The translations under genes and the position numbers were made by a program. A stretch of 64,000 bases of DNA from a virus (taxonomy: Duplodnaviria > Caudoviricetes). Positions 50,772 to 60,469 of this stretch are shown here, one piece after another. The stretch spans positions 1-64,000 of the IMG/VR virus record IMGVR_UViG_3300017492_000028; one strand, 5' to 3'. Position 1 is the stretch's first letter; each line of letters opens with the position of its first letter. The notes beneath the pieces are model-generated. The model did no database searches and was not told the origin of the DNA. It saw only the letters and a list, made by a program, of their open reading frames with translations.

Positions 50772-50819
50772 TAAAATAAAATGTCCTCAATCATAGCTTA
50801 CATTACTATGTTGAGGACA
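50772..50819 (-). terminator. Intrinsic terminator after portal
   Basis: TGTCCTCAA-CATAG / CTATG-A-TTGAGGACA plus TTTTATTTT. Confidence 0.75.
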
Positions 50820-50843
50820 AGAAGTAGTCTGGGAATGTACTAC

Positions 50844-53261
50844 TTATTTATCATACCTATTCTTATTAGTCTTAGCTATTTTAAGATTAGTATCAATTTC
50901 GTGCATTTTAACTTGCCTATCAGCAGCTTTAGAATAAGTATCTGCCATTAGTTTTTGACGTTCTATATTCAGCTTTGATTGTTCAATAGCACGTTTATTA
51001 TCTTCACTCATTTGAGCAAGATTAGCTTTGATAGTTTGATCTTCGCCCCCCGTAGAAGAAATTGCTGCATCCAATTCCATACCTTTTAGTTGCATCTCAT
51101 ATTGATACTTCAATTCTTGCGTAAGTCTATCTTGCTCACCCTTAGCTGCAATCTCTTGAAGTTTATTTTGTATTTCTTCTTGCTTCAGCATCTGTTCCAT
51201 TTGCTGCATTTGCTCCTCATGCTGGCGTTTGATTTCACTAAACTTCTCTACAGATGCTTTTATTTGAGTAACATTATCTCCTGTAATTGCTGCAAGAGCC
51301 ATATCCAAATCACCATTCTGTGCTGCACTAAACGCCCATTGACGAAGTTGTTGAACTTTATCAACTTCTTTAGTATCATTACGAACCGTAGTTGAATAAT
51401 CAGAATTTACAAAAGAATTAACATCAAGAGAAATATATCTTTTTCTTGCAAGTTCATCCCAATAAGAAGTGTCAAGTCCGTCAACATACGCTAGCTTAGC
51501 ATAATCCAAATCACGATTATAATCATGAACACGGAACTCATCAAACATTTGATTAATAACAACAGAACCCATACTTGATTGAGCAATCGCATTTTGGGTT
51601 GTAGTAGCTCCTGCTGATTGTGCTATTTGTCCATAGCGTTGAGCGTTCATATCAACAAGCTCACGAGCTTCTACTTTAATACTTTCAATAAGATTTGTAA
51701 GTTCTGTTATATACTGACCCATATTAGCATTAAGAAGTCTTATTTGTTGGGCTTTAAGTGAGTTAGTATCTTCACTGTCATCAATAAATAATACTCCATC
51801 AGCTGCCATTTTATAGATTTTATCTTCTGTATCAGAAGCAACAAGACTTTCAGGTAGTAACAATATTAGCATTTTGTTCTTTGCTATTACCATTTCTCTG
51901 TGAAAGTATATGATGTTTCTTAATATCTGATATGGCAATATTATCTTTACTATACTAAATTTACCCATAAAAGGCAGTACTTCCATAATACCATTATAAG
52001 GCAATTTACCATTACGATTAAATGGAACTGGACGTGCCTTTACAGGATAAACAGCAGTATAACGTGTACCTATACGATAACCCTCATATACTTGAGGCTC
52101 ATAAGCCCATTCAATAGATATATCACCTTGCTCTGGATTAACAACATAATTTTCATCAACTACTCTTGTTGTTTGCATACCAAGCTGGTTTATATATGTG
52201 AGAATACCACGTCTTGCTTCTCCTCTCCAAACAACATGCCAAACTTCATATAGCATGTTATTATCTTCATACATGGATATAGGAGAGTTTTTAAAGAAGT
52301 TTCTTTCTTCGTTAGTAAACTTTGAACATACATCTGCATAAGTTTCAAAATATTTACTATAAAGAAGCTGTCGTGTGGCATTACTGTTTTCCTGCCCATA
52401 ATATGTTTCAAGAAAATTCCTATCTTCATCAGTAAGATTATCATCAAAGAAATCAAGTATTTGCTGATAACTCATCATCATCTTTCTTGCAAACATATCA
52501 TGGTCTTCAACAAAGTAGTTTGAATTAGGAATAGGATATGCTTCAGTAACAGGTATTGATTCTTTAACTATTTTATCACCACGAACATCCGTATATGTAT
52601 AGCACTCACCAAGAGCCACATAATTAAAATATGCTGATAAATAAACAAGATTGTCATCAGTCATTGCTCGAATGTATCCAAGCACATCTTGACCTTGTTT
52701 GCTTTCAGTATCAATATAATTACGATTAAAATTATCCATAAATTCCTTTGCATCAGGCATTGCTTGAGAGGGATCTACAGATTCTGCTGGCTGACCTTGT
52801 TGAGCAGCTTCATTAATCATTTGTTCATATCTTTTTTGGAACTCCTGTTGAAATGCTTGCTCAGCAGCTTGCATAATGCTTTCTTTAAGCTTAGCATTTT
52901 TATTTATTACTATATCAGGATTACTAGCTCCAACTATAAACTCATGAACACCTTTAAAATACTCTGATACATATCTTCTTACAACATCATTCATAATATC
53001 ATAATTACGAAGCGTTGCAGGAAAACGTGTATATTTTTCTTTACTAGAATTATAAGGATTTAATGTTTTCTTATAAAACTTATCTGGCATATTACCATGA
53101 AGACAATTAAGCTGCAATTCTGTATCTTGTCTATCATTATAACCTATACCAACACTTATTATATAATCTATGCAATTAGCATACCATTCAGCTTTTTGTT
53201 TTTCAGCACCACTAACTCTTTGCTTAGGAAAATTAGCTTGCCATGTGGGAAATCCATTCAT
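50844..53261 (-). CDS. Portal protein
   Basis: 805 aa directly after terminase; typical crAss portal N-terminus and Q/E-rich C-terminus. Confidence 0.88.
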   Translation of the reverse strand: MNGFPTWQANFPKQRVSGAEKQKAEWYANCIDYIISVGIGYNDRQDTELQLNCLHGNMPDKFYKKTLNPYNSSKEKYTRFPATLRNYDIMNDVVRRYVSEYFKGVHEFIVGASNPDIVINKNAKLKESIMQAAEQAFQQEFQKRYEQMINEAAQQGQPAESVDPSQAMPDAKEFMDNFNRNYIDTESKQGQDVLGYIRAMTDDNLVYLSAYFNYVALGECYTYTDVRGDKIVKESIPVTEAYPIPNSNYFVEDHDMFARKMMMSYQQILDFFDDNLTDEDRNFLETYYGQENSNATRQLLYSKYFETYADVCSKFTNEERNFFKNSPISMYEDNNMLYEVWHVVWRGEARRGILTYINQLGMQTTRVVDENYVVNPEQGDISIEWAYEPQVYEGYRIGTRYTAVYPVKARPVPFNRNGKLPYNGIMEVLPFMGKFSIVKIILPYQILRNIIYFHREMVIAKNKMLILLLPESLVASDTEDKIYKMAADGVLFIDDSEDTNSLKAQQIRLLNANMGQYITELTNLIESIKVEARELVDMNAQRYGQIAQSAGATTTQNAIAQSSMGSVVINQMFDEFRVHDYNRDLDYAKLAYVDGLDTSYWDELARKRYISLDVNSFVNSDYSTTVRNDTKEVDKVQQLRQWAFSAAQNGDLDMALAAITGDNVTQIKASVEKFSEIKRQHEEQMQQMEQMLKQEEIQNKLQEIAAKGEQDRLTQELKYQYEMQLKGMELDAAISSTGGEDQTIKANLAQMSEDNKRAIEQSKLNIERQKLMADTYSKAADRQVKMHEIDTNLKIAKTNKNRYDK

Positions 53262-53273
53262 AATTATATTATT

Positions 53274-55553
53274 TTAAAACCAATCTCTTTTCATTATACT
53301 ATTATCGTCATAATCTTCTTCTTTAATCTTTTTTCTATGCTCTAATTCTTTAGCTGCTTCAACGTTTTGACTTCTCCATTGTAACCCTCTAATTATCATT
53401 TCTGATACTCTATCATAGTTACCAATATTATTCCACATCTTTAATTCTACAATACTTTGGTAATCGTATATTGTGCGAAATAATCTTATAGGTCTATCAA
53501 GTTCATCTCTACCAACTTCAGAATAAAGCATTTCTTTAAGAATACGCAATCCTTCAAGTTTCTTAGCTTCAGTACCCATATTGACACCATAGCTACCAAC
53601 AACTTTACCTTTAATACTATTATCCCATATTTCAACAGGGTCTTTCATTAAGTATTTCAATGCTTTCCATTTAGTAAAGTTACTAATAGTTTCACCACGG
53701 TTAACCTCAACTCCTGTAGTACCAATACAATTATAATACTTTGCTAAAAGCAATAATATTCTATCTGCTTCTTCAAGTGTTTCTGGACGACCATAATAAC
53801 TTGCAACACACGCTGTTTTAAAGTTATTATATTTAGTTGGATTCATCCAAACTTTAATGCTATTATGTGAATGTTTAAGAGTAATACCTTTTGTATCTTT
53901 ATTTATACCAACAGGGTCATAACTAATAGAATATAAGCCAGGAGGAGTACCATTTATTTGATTACCATGCACATCCCTATATATTATTTTTAACGGACTA
54001 AACCATTTGCGAATACAACCGTGTGGATGTTCATGTTCCTTTCTTGGAACACCTGTAATATAATCAAAATAATCTATATTATATCTTCCTCCCTCTGCTG
54101 CTATACGAGCATTTGTTCTAAACTCTACATTACCTCCTTTTTCAAACAGCATACCGTCAACATAGAAATTATATGCTGAATCATTGCGAAGTATCTCTTC
54201 CCAAATCATTAGCTCTTCACTACTAAAAATATTTTCAATAGCAGAACTAAAACTTTCAGCTGGCTGCAAAGCATATTGCCCAAGATAATTAATATAATCT
54301 GCAAATGACTTAGCATTTTCTTTTTGATATTGTCGTTGCTTAAAAGCAAGATGCAAACCAACATTTAAGTCAGAATTGCCATCTTTATCCATTGCCCAAG
54401 CATCCCCAAGCTTACCTTGAAGTCCCCAAGCATAAGGTTTGAAAAAACCACAAACTTCATGTCTGCAATCTTTATCCCAAACATTTTCAAAAGCAAGACA
54501 ATTAAATGATTTAGGATTATAGAAATTACTAGCAAATGTTTGCATATCACCAGAGGTAGCAGTTCCCCAAGCAAATAAATTACCAGTAACATAAGCACCA
54601 CTAGTCATTGCAGGAACTGTTGCATTCATAAACGCATCATAATTATCCATAGTGGAAACCTCCTCTACTTTAACTTTTAATGCGTCCTTACCAATAGCAC
54701 AATCGGGGTTATTTTGAGCAGACACAGAAAATAACGCGCTGTTCCATGCAGTTGGAGCAACTGTTCCATTAGGAAGTTTATAACCTAGTACAAAATTTTC
54801 TTTATCACTTGTTAGAATACCTCGTTTAAAGAAAGTTTTAGTTTCATAAAATAGCAAATTTGCAATAGCAAAATCTGTAAGTCCACCTTTCTTTGTAAGA
54901 TACTTCTTATCGATAGCTACATGTATATCAGTTTTATGAGGATTTAAGTTAACATCATTGGCACTATCACTAGCCATGATATAAGAAAATCCTCCACGAC
55001 GTGTTTTATCTATGATAAGATTTTTACCATTAAGAACCGCAAATTCCATAACAGCAAACGTCCAAAACTGTGCATCTATAAAATTAGGAAAATCATAAAA
55101 TTTCTTAGCAGTTGCTATACCTCCTGTAGTATTAATGGTACTTTCATCTACTTTCTCCATTAATGTATAATTAAGATAATTATACATGGCACCGCTAATA
55201 TGTACATCTTGAAGTTTACCATTACGCAAAAGACAAGGCGCACTAAAGCCATGTCTTCTACGATATTCTTCTCTTTTTCTTAATTGTCTATAAGGAATAC
55301 TATCTTCCTTATAATTAGTATATTTTTTATTGGCTCTATAAAAATCTGCCATTTCAGTAAAAAGATGAGTATTAACAAACTTATCCCCAATCTGAATATT
55401 AAATAGCAAACCCCCACTTTCACCAACTAAAAAATTATCATAAGGGTCATTCCACCCTGCATCTTTTGCATGAGTGTATTTAGTCTTATCCTCATTTATA
55501 TAATTAAGAAAAGAATATTCATTAATAAATCTTTCAAAACTTACTTCTATCAT
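53274..55553 (-). CDS. terL: Terminase large subunit
   Basis: KTRRGGFSY (Walker A), VEEVS (Walker B), C-terminal nuclease (SYDP...NYDRVS). Confidence 0.92.
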   Translation of the reverse strand: MIEVSFERFINEYSFLNYINEDKTKYTHAKDAGWNDPYDNFLVGESGGLLFNIQIGDKFVNTHLFTEMADFYRANKKYTNYKEDSIPYRQLRKREEYRRRHGFSAPCLLRNGKLQDVHISGAMYNYLNYTLMEKVDESTINTTGGIATAKKFYDFPNFIDAQFWTFAVMEFAVLNGKNLIIDKTRRGGFSYIMASDSANDVNLNPHKTDIHVAIDKKYLTKKGGLTDFAIANLLFYETKTFFKRGILTSDKENFVLGYKLPNGTVAPTAWNSALFSVSAQNNPDCAIGKDALKVKVEEVSTMDNYDAFMNATVPAMTSGAYVTGNLFAWGTATSGDMQTFASNFYNPKSFNCLAFENVWDKDCRHEVCGFFKPYAWGLQGKLGDAWAMDKDGNSDLNVGLHLAFKQRQYQKENAKSFADYINYLGQYALQPAESFSSAIENIFSSEELMIWEEILRNDSAYNFYVDGMLFEKGGNVEFRTNARIAAEGGRYNIDYFDYITGVPRKEHEHPHGCIRKWFSPLKIIYRDVHGNQINGTPPGLYSISYDPVGINKDTKGITLKHSHNSIKVWMNPTKYNNFKTACVASYYGRPETLEEADRILLLLAKYYNCIGTTGVEVNRGETISNFTKWKALKYLMKDPVEIWDNSIKGKVVGSYGVNMGTEAKKLEGLRILKEMLYSEVGRDELDRPIRLFRTIYDYQSIVELKMWNNIGNYDRVSEMIIRGLQWRSQNVEAAKELEHRKKIKEEDYDDNSIMKRDWF

Positions 55554-55559
55554 ATCATA

Positions 55560-55898
55560 TCATTTAAATAACAATATTATCAAAGTGGCTAACAATCCAC
55601 CACCAACAATACTTAATATATTTCTTTGCGTTTTATATTCTTTTGCAACAGTTTTATAATGCTCTATTTGAATACTATCATTTGCAATAATACTATCCTT
55701 TTTTGCATCTATTTGTTTAAGATATTTAAGTTCAGTCATCTTAATAACTGCTTTACGTAAATCAGAAACAGAAACAGTTACACTATCTCGTGTTATACCC
55801 CCCGTAGAGAGAATATGTGCATTACTCGCTGATAAGTTTATAGAACAAACTAACAACGCTATCGTTATCAATGCTTTGAATTTGTATAATTTCTGCAT
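55560..55898 (-). CDS. Spanin-like membrane protein
   Basis: N-terminal signal plus C-terminal TM; overlaps upstream gene; follows lysin. Confidence 0.45.
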   Translation of the reverse strand: MQKLYKFKALITIALLVCSINLSASNAHILSTGGITRDSVTVSVSDLRKAVIKMTELKYLKQIDAKKDSIIANDSIQIEHYKTVAKEYKTQRNILSIVGGGLLATLIILLFK

Positions 55899-56097
55899 CT
55901 TTTACACTATCTAGTTTTTTTATATCAATTACTAAACTATCATTTCGTTTTTGAATAGTTTGTATTTCTTCAGTGTTTATGTCTATCACATTCTCTTCTA
56001 CGGGGGTGCTAGAACAACAATGCGAGATAGTAATAGCTATTAATAGCACTAATGCAAAACCAAACACTATTACTAGTATATTATTAAATTCTTTCAT
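55822..56097 (-). CDS. Spanin-like (inner membrane) protein
   Basis: N-terminal TM, CC pair, coiled coil. Confidence 0.45.
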   Translation of the reverse strand: MKEFNNILVIVFGFALVLLIAITISHCCSSTPVEENVIDINTEEIQTIQKRNDSLVIDIKKLDSVKDAEIIQIQSIDNDSVVSLFYKLISE

Positions 56098-56705
56098 ATT
56101 ATATCATCCTCCGTAAGAAGTGTGTAAGTAAATGTACTGCCATTGCCACACTCTATCTGCTTATTACAAGCTGTCATGAATGTATTAAAATCATCTCGTT
56201 TGGCAAAGACTTGGCAACCTGCGCTCCAACCGTCAACTATTATAGACGAAGTGCCAGCTTTATGAATATTAATTCCAAATATGCCAGTATCAATAGTACT
56301 AGGATTAAAATCATATTTGTCATCTTTATTATTATCCCTATAAACAGGTAATGGCTTAGCTTGGCAAAGAGCTTTATACTTACCCTTATGAAGTCCTATT
56401 TTATAAGCACTTCTATATTGACCAGGAACAAGTATAGCACATCCTTTATAATTTTGAATTTGTTTAAGAGATTTAAGACCTGGAGTAGTAGTAATTGGAA
56501 ATACTTTTCTTACAAGTCTATCATCTTTATCTTTGTACTCTAATATTAGAGCATCGTTAAAATCGTTTGTACAAACGTTGCCATTACGCCGTACACCAAC
56601 AATATTAAGATTATAATTTCCTTTTTCAAAATAGGCATAGCCTTTATTCTTCAATATTTCTTTAAGATTAATACCATTACAAATAGGTATAATATTCGTC
56701 TTCAT
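56094..56705 (-). CDS. Putative endolysin with L,D-transpeptidase (YkuD)-like motif
   Basis: GINIHKAGTSSIIVDGWSAGCQV (H...SxGC). Confidence 0.65.
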   Translation of the reverse strand: MKTNIIPICNGINLKEILKNKGYAYFEKGNYNLNIVGVRRNGNVCTNDFNDALILEYKDKDDRLVRKVFPITTTPGLKSLKQIQNYKGCAILVPGQYRSAYKIGLHKGKYKALCQAKPLPVYRDNNKDDKYDFNPSTIDTGIFGINIHKAGTSSIIVDGWSAGCQVFAKRDDFNTFMTACNKQIECGNGSTFTYTLLTEDDII

Positions 56706-57695
56706 TTAAAATAAATTTAATTCTTTATTAACATTTGCAGCTTGTAGTTCAAGTCTCCTATCTTCAAGTACTGCACAAGCTTCTTGTCTAAGATAATTAA
56801 TTCTAAACCATTTTACAGTTTCTTCACCATTTGGATCTATACGATAAATAGGTGCATTATTAAACCTTTGTGGTTGACCCCAAGCGTTCTTAATAAAAGG
56901 ACTGCCAATATGACATAATCCTAAGCCAATACAAGGTATTCCAAGAATAAGCTCAACCATTAACGCATACATGCTTAATTGCATTGAATAGTGCATACCA
57001 TTACAATTAGGGAGATGAGTTAATGGAGGTAGCATTGATTCAGTCTTATCTACCCATTCATTAGTAAGCTGATTAGGATTTGTATGTTTATCTTTTTTAT
57101 AATAACCACTTGTAAATTGTAAACCTTGTCTATTAGTTTTCCAATCTAGAATAACAAAATTTTCAGGTTTATAGCATAATATATCAATAGTTCCACTAAT
57201 ACAATAGTCCATAAGATAAGCACCAATTTCAGAATAAATTGTGTAACCTTTGGATGTATAATAGTCAAATACTCTATAAATTTCCGCATATTTATAATTT
57301 GTAGCTTCTTTAAATTCACCTATATTAAGAGGTTTAGGAATAAGATTTGGAATATCAGCTACAGTAATCTTTCTTCCTGTTTTCACATCAATAAGATATT
57401 TGATTGCATCTTCAAACATACTTGTTGATTTAATGGCGTCCTCTATACCATTATGAGTAGCTGTACCTCTAGTACATGCTTCATCTGTAATATCCTGCCA
57501 TTGTTTAGCAAGAGCTTTTTCTGTTGTATTTAATTCCCTAGCTTTCTTATGAAGCCAATATGCTTTATCAAACTTAGGAACATATTTATCATGTATAAGA
57601 GTAGTTACACTTGTATATTGATTACCAAGTGAATCATAATATTTATGACCGTCTTCTTCAAAATAAAGAAAATTACTGTTATATCTCTCGTCCAT
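56706..57695 (-). CDS. PD-(D/E)XK exonuclease (RecB/Cas4-like)
   Basis: SVTT..., GTATH, SGTIDIL, ILDWKT, QLSMY. Confidence 0.85.
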   Translation of the reverse strand: MDERYNSNFLYFEEDGHKYYDSLGNQYTSVTTLIHDKYVPKFDKAYWLHKKARELNTTEKALAKQWQDITDEACTRGTATHNGIEDAIKSTSMFEDAIKYLIDVKTGRKITVADIPNLIPKPLNIGEFKEATNYKYAEIYRVFDYYTSKGYTIYSEIGAYLMDYCISGTIDILCYKPENFVILDWKTNRQGLQFTSGYYKKDKHTNPNQLTNEWVDKTESMLPPLTHLPNCNGMHYSMQLSMYALMVELILGIPCIGLGLCHIGSPFIKNAWGQPQRFNNAPIYRIDPNGEETVKWFRINYLRQEACAVLEDRRLELQAANVNKELNLF

Positions 57696-57696
57696 A

Positions 57697-58311
57697 TTAT
57701 ATTCCTACATCTTCAGCGTTCATAGAACTAGTTACTGCTTGACCACCACGTGCTATCTCTGTTTCACGCTCATAAAGTAAGTTCTCCTTAGCTTCTGTTA
57801 GCTTTTTCATAATAGCTGGCAGGTCTGTTGCTTTTTTATTAACATCGTTAATGAGTTGCATAATTGTTGGAATTTCCTCTAAAGTCATTTGTGAATTAAG
57901 CTTCTCATTAATAAGATTATTTATTGCACTAACAGCAAGATTAATGTTGTGAATACCTTGCATGATATTCTCAACAACTTTACCTGCTTCAGTTATATTT
58001 TGCTCATAATATTTTTTAATAAGTCGAAGTACAAGTGTGTCAGGCAGGTAAGTAGCAGCTAACCCCGCCTGTTCATTAGCAAGTTTAAGACACTCCGGCT
58101 CACTTAGTCCTGCTTGTCTTGCAGGTGATTTTGGATCACCAAGATAATATATTATAATACATTCTGCAATATACTTAGTTTTATCTGGTGAAGTATCTCT
58201 TGCCCAAAGCTGGCGTAAATCTTTATCTACAAGTTGTCTAACAGTTGGTGCTTGAGGCATACCTGTATTATCAAGATTAAGCATATCATCTATTAATAAT
58301 TTTCTGCTCAT
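57697..58311 (-). CDS. Conserved crAss-like hypothetical protein
   Basis: 204 aa, helical. Confidence 0.6.
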   Translation of the reverse strand: MSRKLLIDDMLNLDNTGMPQAPTVRQLVDKDLRQLWARDTSPDKTKYIAECIIIYYLGDPKSPARQAGLSEPECLKLANEQAGLAATYLPDTLVLRLIKKYYEQNITEAGKVVENIMQGIHNINLAVSAINNLINEKLNSQMTLEEIPTIMQLINDVNKKATDLPAIMKKLTEAKENLLYERETEIARGGQAVTSSMNAEDVGI

Positions 58312-58322
58312 ATAATTCTTAT

Positions 58323-58811
58323 TTAATAAGTATCTACTTGCCTAAAAGTACTACTATAACCTGCCATGTGAATATTAGCTATACTAACACCACGTCTAAG
58401 ACACCAAGTATGATAAGCGTCAACATGTTTTCTGGCATTAACTGCAATGATATATCTTAAATATCTTTCATGCTCTCTACGTCTAGCTTCGTAATCAGTA
58501 GTTTGTTTTCTAAAAACAATATATTCTTTCTTAGTTAAAGTGCGTCTTGCTTCTTTAATCATTTCAGCATAACCAGGTCTAAAATAAAAAGGAGCTTTAA
58601 CATCGCTATAACGTAATGTACAGCAATAAGGAATACCTACCCACTTATTATGAACAAGCACCTTAGCTGCATCAGTTTCAAGCTGTTCAACAATTTCTAC
58701 AGCAAGTTCTTTGTCGATAATATTATCGTCAATTGTTTTTAATATATCCTCTTTTCTTACAACAGTAATAGGTCTTTCAGTACCCGGATATTTATATTCA
58801 TCTTTTGCCAT
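58323..58811 (-). CDS. HU/IHF-like DNA-binding protein (tentative)
   Basis: 162 aa, basic; KEDILKTI...VGIPYCCTL; synteny. Confidence 0.45.
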   Translation of the reverse strand: MAKDEYKYPGTERPITVVRKEDILKTIDDNIIDKELAVEIVEQLETDAAKVLVHNKWVGIPYCCTLRYSDVKAPFYFRPGYAEMIKEARRTLTKKEYIVFRKQTTDYEARRREHERYLRYIIAVNARKHVDAYHTWCLRRGVSIANIHMAGYSSTFRQVDTY

Positions 58812-58823
58812 AGAATTAATATT

Positions 58824-58860
58824 AAAAGAAATACGGAGGGTTTGTGTCTAACCCCCCGTA
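58824..58860 (-). terminator. Intrinsic terminator whose 5' stem arm is a copy of the dispersed motif
   Basis: Minus strand: TACGGGGGG-TTAGACACAAA-CCCTCCGTA-TTTCTTTT. Confidence 0.7.
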
Positions 58861-58876
58861 GAAAGAATATGAATTG

Positions 58877-59446
58877 TTAGTTATTAGTATCAGCTTCCTC
58901 TTCTGTTTCAACAGAAATAAAAGGAGAGTCATAATTATTTTGAACGGTAGAAACTACTTCTGCGTGTATATTGCAGTTAGGTATTAGCTTAAACTCAACA
59001 AAATAATAATAGTTATCATCCTTTAAAGCCTCCATATAAATATCCTTGTCATCCTTGCACAGATTAACAACACTAGCTATTGACAAAACATTAATGGGAG
59101 AATTAATCTGATAACCCAATGCTAAATCAGAACCAGCAATAATAACAGGATTGCCCAAAGTAAGACCATTACAAAAATCACTCTCTGATTCACCACTACA
59201 AACAAACAGAGGCACTACAGAAGAAGTAATGTTCTTATTCTCTTTGACACTGTTAAGAACTATTGCAAGCTTCTCACGATAACAAAGGGCAATAATAGAA
59301 TACTCTGGTGCAGGCTGAAGATGCTCAACACAACTCCGAAGATAATCAGCAGTAATTTCAGTAACATCCGTTGGAAGTTTAAGAACTACTTTTCCTGCTT
59401 TACCATTAACTTTGAATGGTTCTCCATTGATTTTAAATGCTTTCAT
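58877..59446 (-). CDS. Conserved hypothetical protein, first gene of the late strand
   Basis: 189 aa. Confidence 0.65.
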   Translation of the reverse strand: MKAFKINGEPFKVNGKAGKVVLKLPTDVTEITADYLRSCVEHLQPAPEYSIIALCYREKLAIVLNSVKENKNITSSVVPLFVCSGESESDFCNGLTLGNPVIIAGSDLALGYQINSPINVLSIASVVNLCKDDKDIYMEALKDDNYYYFVEFKLIPNCNIHAEVVSTVQNNYDSPFISVETEEEADTNN

Positions 59447-59525
59447 ACTTTGATGTACTTTAATAGTTAAATATAATTTTTTATTTTAGCAGGAGAGCTT
59501 TTAATAAAGAAACAACTCCTGTTGG

Positions 59526-59533
59526 CAAAGATA
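59526..59533 (-). promoter_or_regulatory. -7 element (TATCTTTG) of the late-strand promoter
   Basis: 80 nt upstream of the ATG at 59446; no clear -33 element. Confidence 0.6.
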
Positions 59534-59655
59534 ATATTAATATTACACAAGGTGATAATCATAATGATTAAAAACGTTAAATTTAATATTTATTCTATTT
59601 TGAATAAATATTTGTTAAACCCCTATATATAATAATGTACGTGTACATTATTTAT

Positions 59656-59663
59656 TATATTTG
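59656..59663 (+). promoter_or_regulatory. -7 element TATATTTG, divergent promoter
   Basis: Consensus match; no clear -33 element. Confidence 0.5.
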
Positions 59664-59669
59664 CAGATG

Positions 59670-59917
59670 GTTAGTAAATAATTAGTAAAGTGTACTGCAA
59701 ATAACGTAGCAAATGACTTTATTAAATGTGAGTTGTAACATATTTCATTTGATTAATTCGAGGTTTTATAAGGTTATTTTTCTCGTCTGATGTTCACTTG
59801 ATAGAAAGCGAACTTAGATTCTAAAACGTAAAAGTACAACGATTTTTGAAGATTTAATCAATAGCGATTGATTGAATGACGGCATTAGTTGAGAAACTAG
59901 TGCCGTTGTTTGTTTTT
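59670..59917 (+). ncRNA. Candidate ~250-nt structured small RNA
   Basis: Between promoter-like element and strong terminator; no ORF >25 aa seen; several hairpins. Confidence 0.4.
59879..59917 (+). terminator. Intrinsic terminator with GNRA loop
   Basis: ACGGCATTAGTT-GAGA-AACTAGTGCCGT plus TGTTTGTTTTT. Confidence 0.8.
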
Positions 59918-59980
59918 GTAAGCAATAGAAAAATTGTTTTTTTTTTGCAGTCAAAATACAAGTAACAAAATAAATAATGC

Positions 59981-59988
59981 TATATTTG
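59981..59988 (+). promoter_or_regulatory. -7 element TATATTTG upstream of the 60009 gene
   Basis: 20 nt before the ATG. Confidence 0.6.
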
Positions 59989-60008
59989 CATAATTAAATT
60001 ATTTAATT

Positions 60009-60401
60009 ATGGCAGAATATGTGGATAAAGCAGGCATTACAGTATGCCTTAATAAACTGAAAGATTATATAGATACAACCGCTGAAAACGCAGATACGGC
60101 AATAAGCGACTATTGCTCACCAACTTGCAGCTTCCGAACTCTTACAAAAGGCAGTACATTTAATTTTAAAAGTGGTATATATTTTATTTGTGATGCAAAC
60201 TGTACTAAAACTTATCCAAATCTTAGTGAAGTTACACATGTTATAATAAGTGAAGGTTATGTCGATAATGCTAATATGGTAAATCATAGTACTGGTAATA
60301 TACTTTTTACTATAACTGCTTCTAGTAATCATTATGTTTTAACAGCAAAAAGTGATATATACATAACGAATATAACAAATTTTACAGGATTGGGATATTA
60401 A
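60009..60401 (+). CDS. Orphan member of the fibre N-terminal-motif family
   Basis: MAEYVDKAGITVCLNKLKDYID. Confidence 0.65.
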   Translation: MAEYVDKAGITVCLNKLKDYIDTTAENADTAISDYCSPTCSFRTLTKGSTFNFKSGIYFICDANCTKTYPNLSEVTHVIISEGYVDNANMVNHSTGNILFTITASSNHYVLTAKSDIYITNITNFTGLGY

Positions 60402-60469
60402 ATTGATATTATTAATATTATTATAATAGCTCTAAGAGAAAATCTTAGAGCTATTTTTGTATAAGTATA

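Noticed and set aside
47609-55553. Introns or inteins in MCP, portal or terminase
   Set aside because: ORFs are uninterrupted and of expected length; no homing endonuclease or intein motifs seen.
56706-57695. cas4 as part of a CRISPR system
   Set aside because: Stand-alone PD-(D/E)XK nuclease common in crAss-like phages; no cas operon or array.
1-59446. Stop-codon reassignment (TAG/TGA recoding seen in some crAss-like phages)
   Set aside because: Core genes translate full-length in code 11, and TAG ends several genes cleanly (34028, 44652, 61849).
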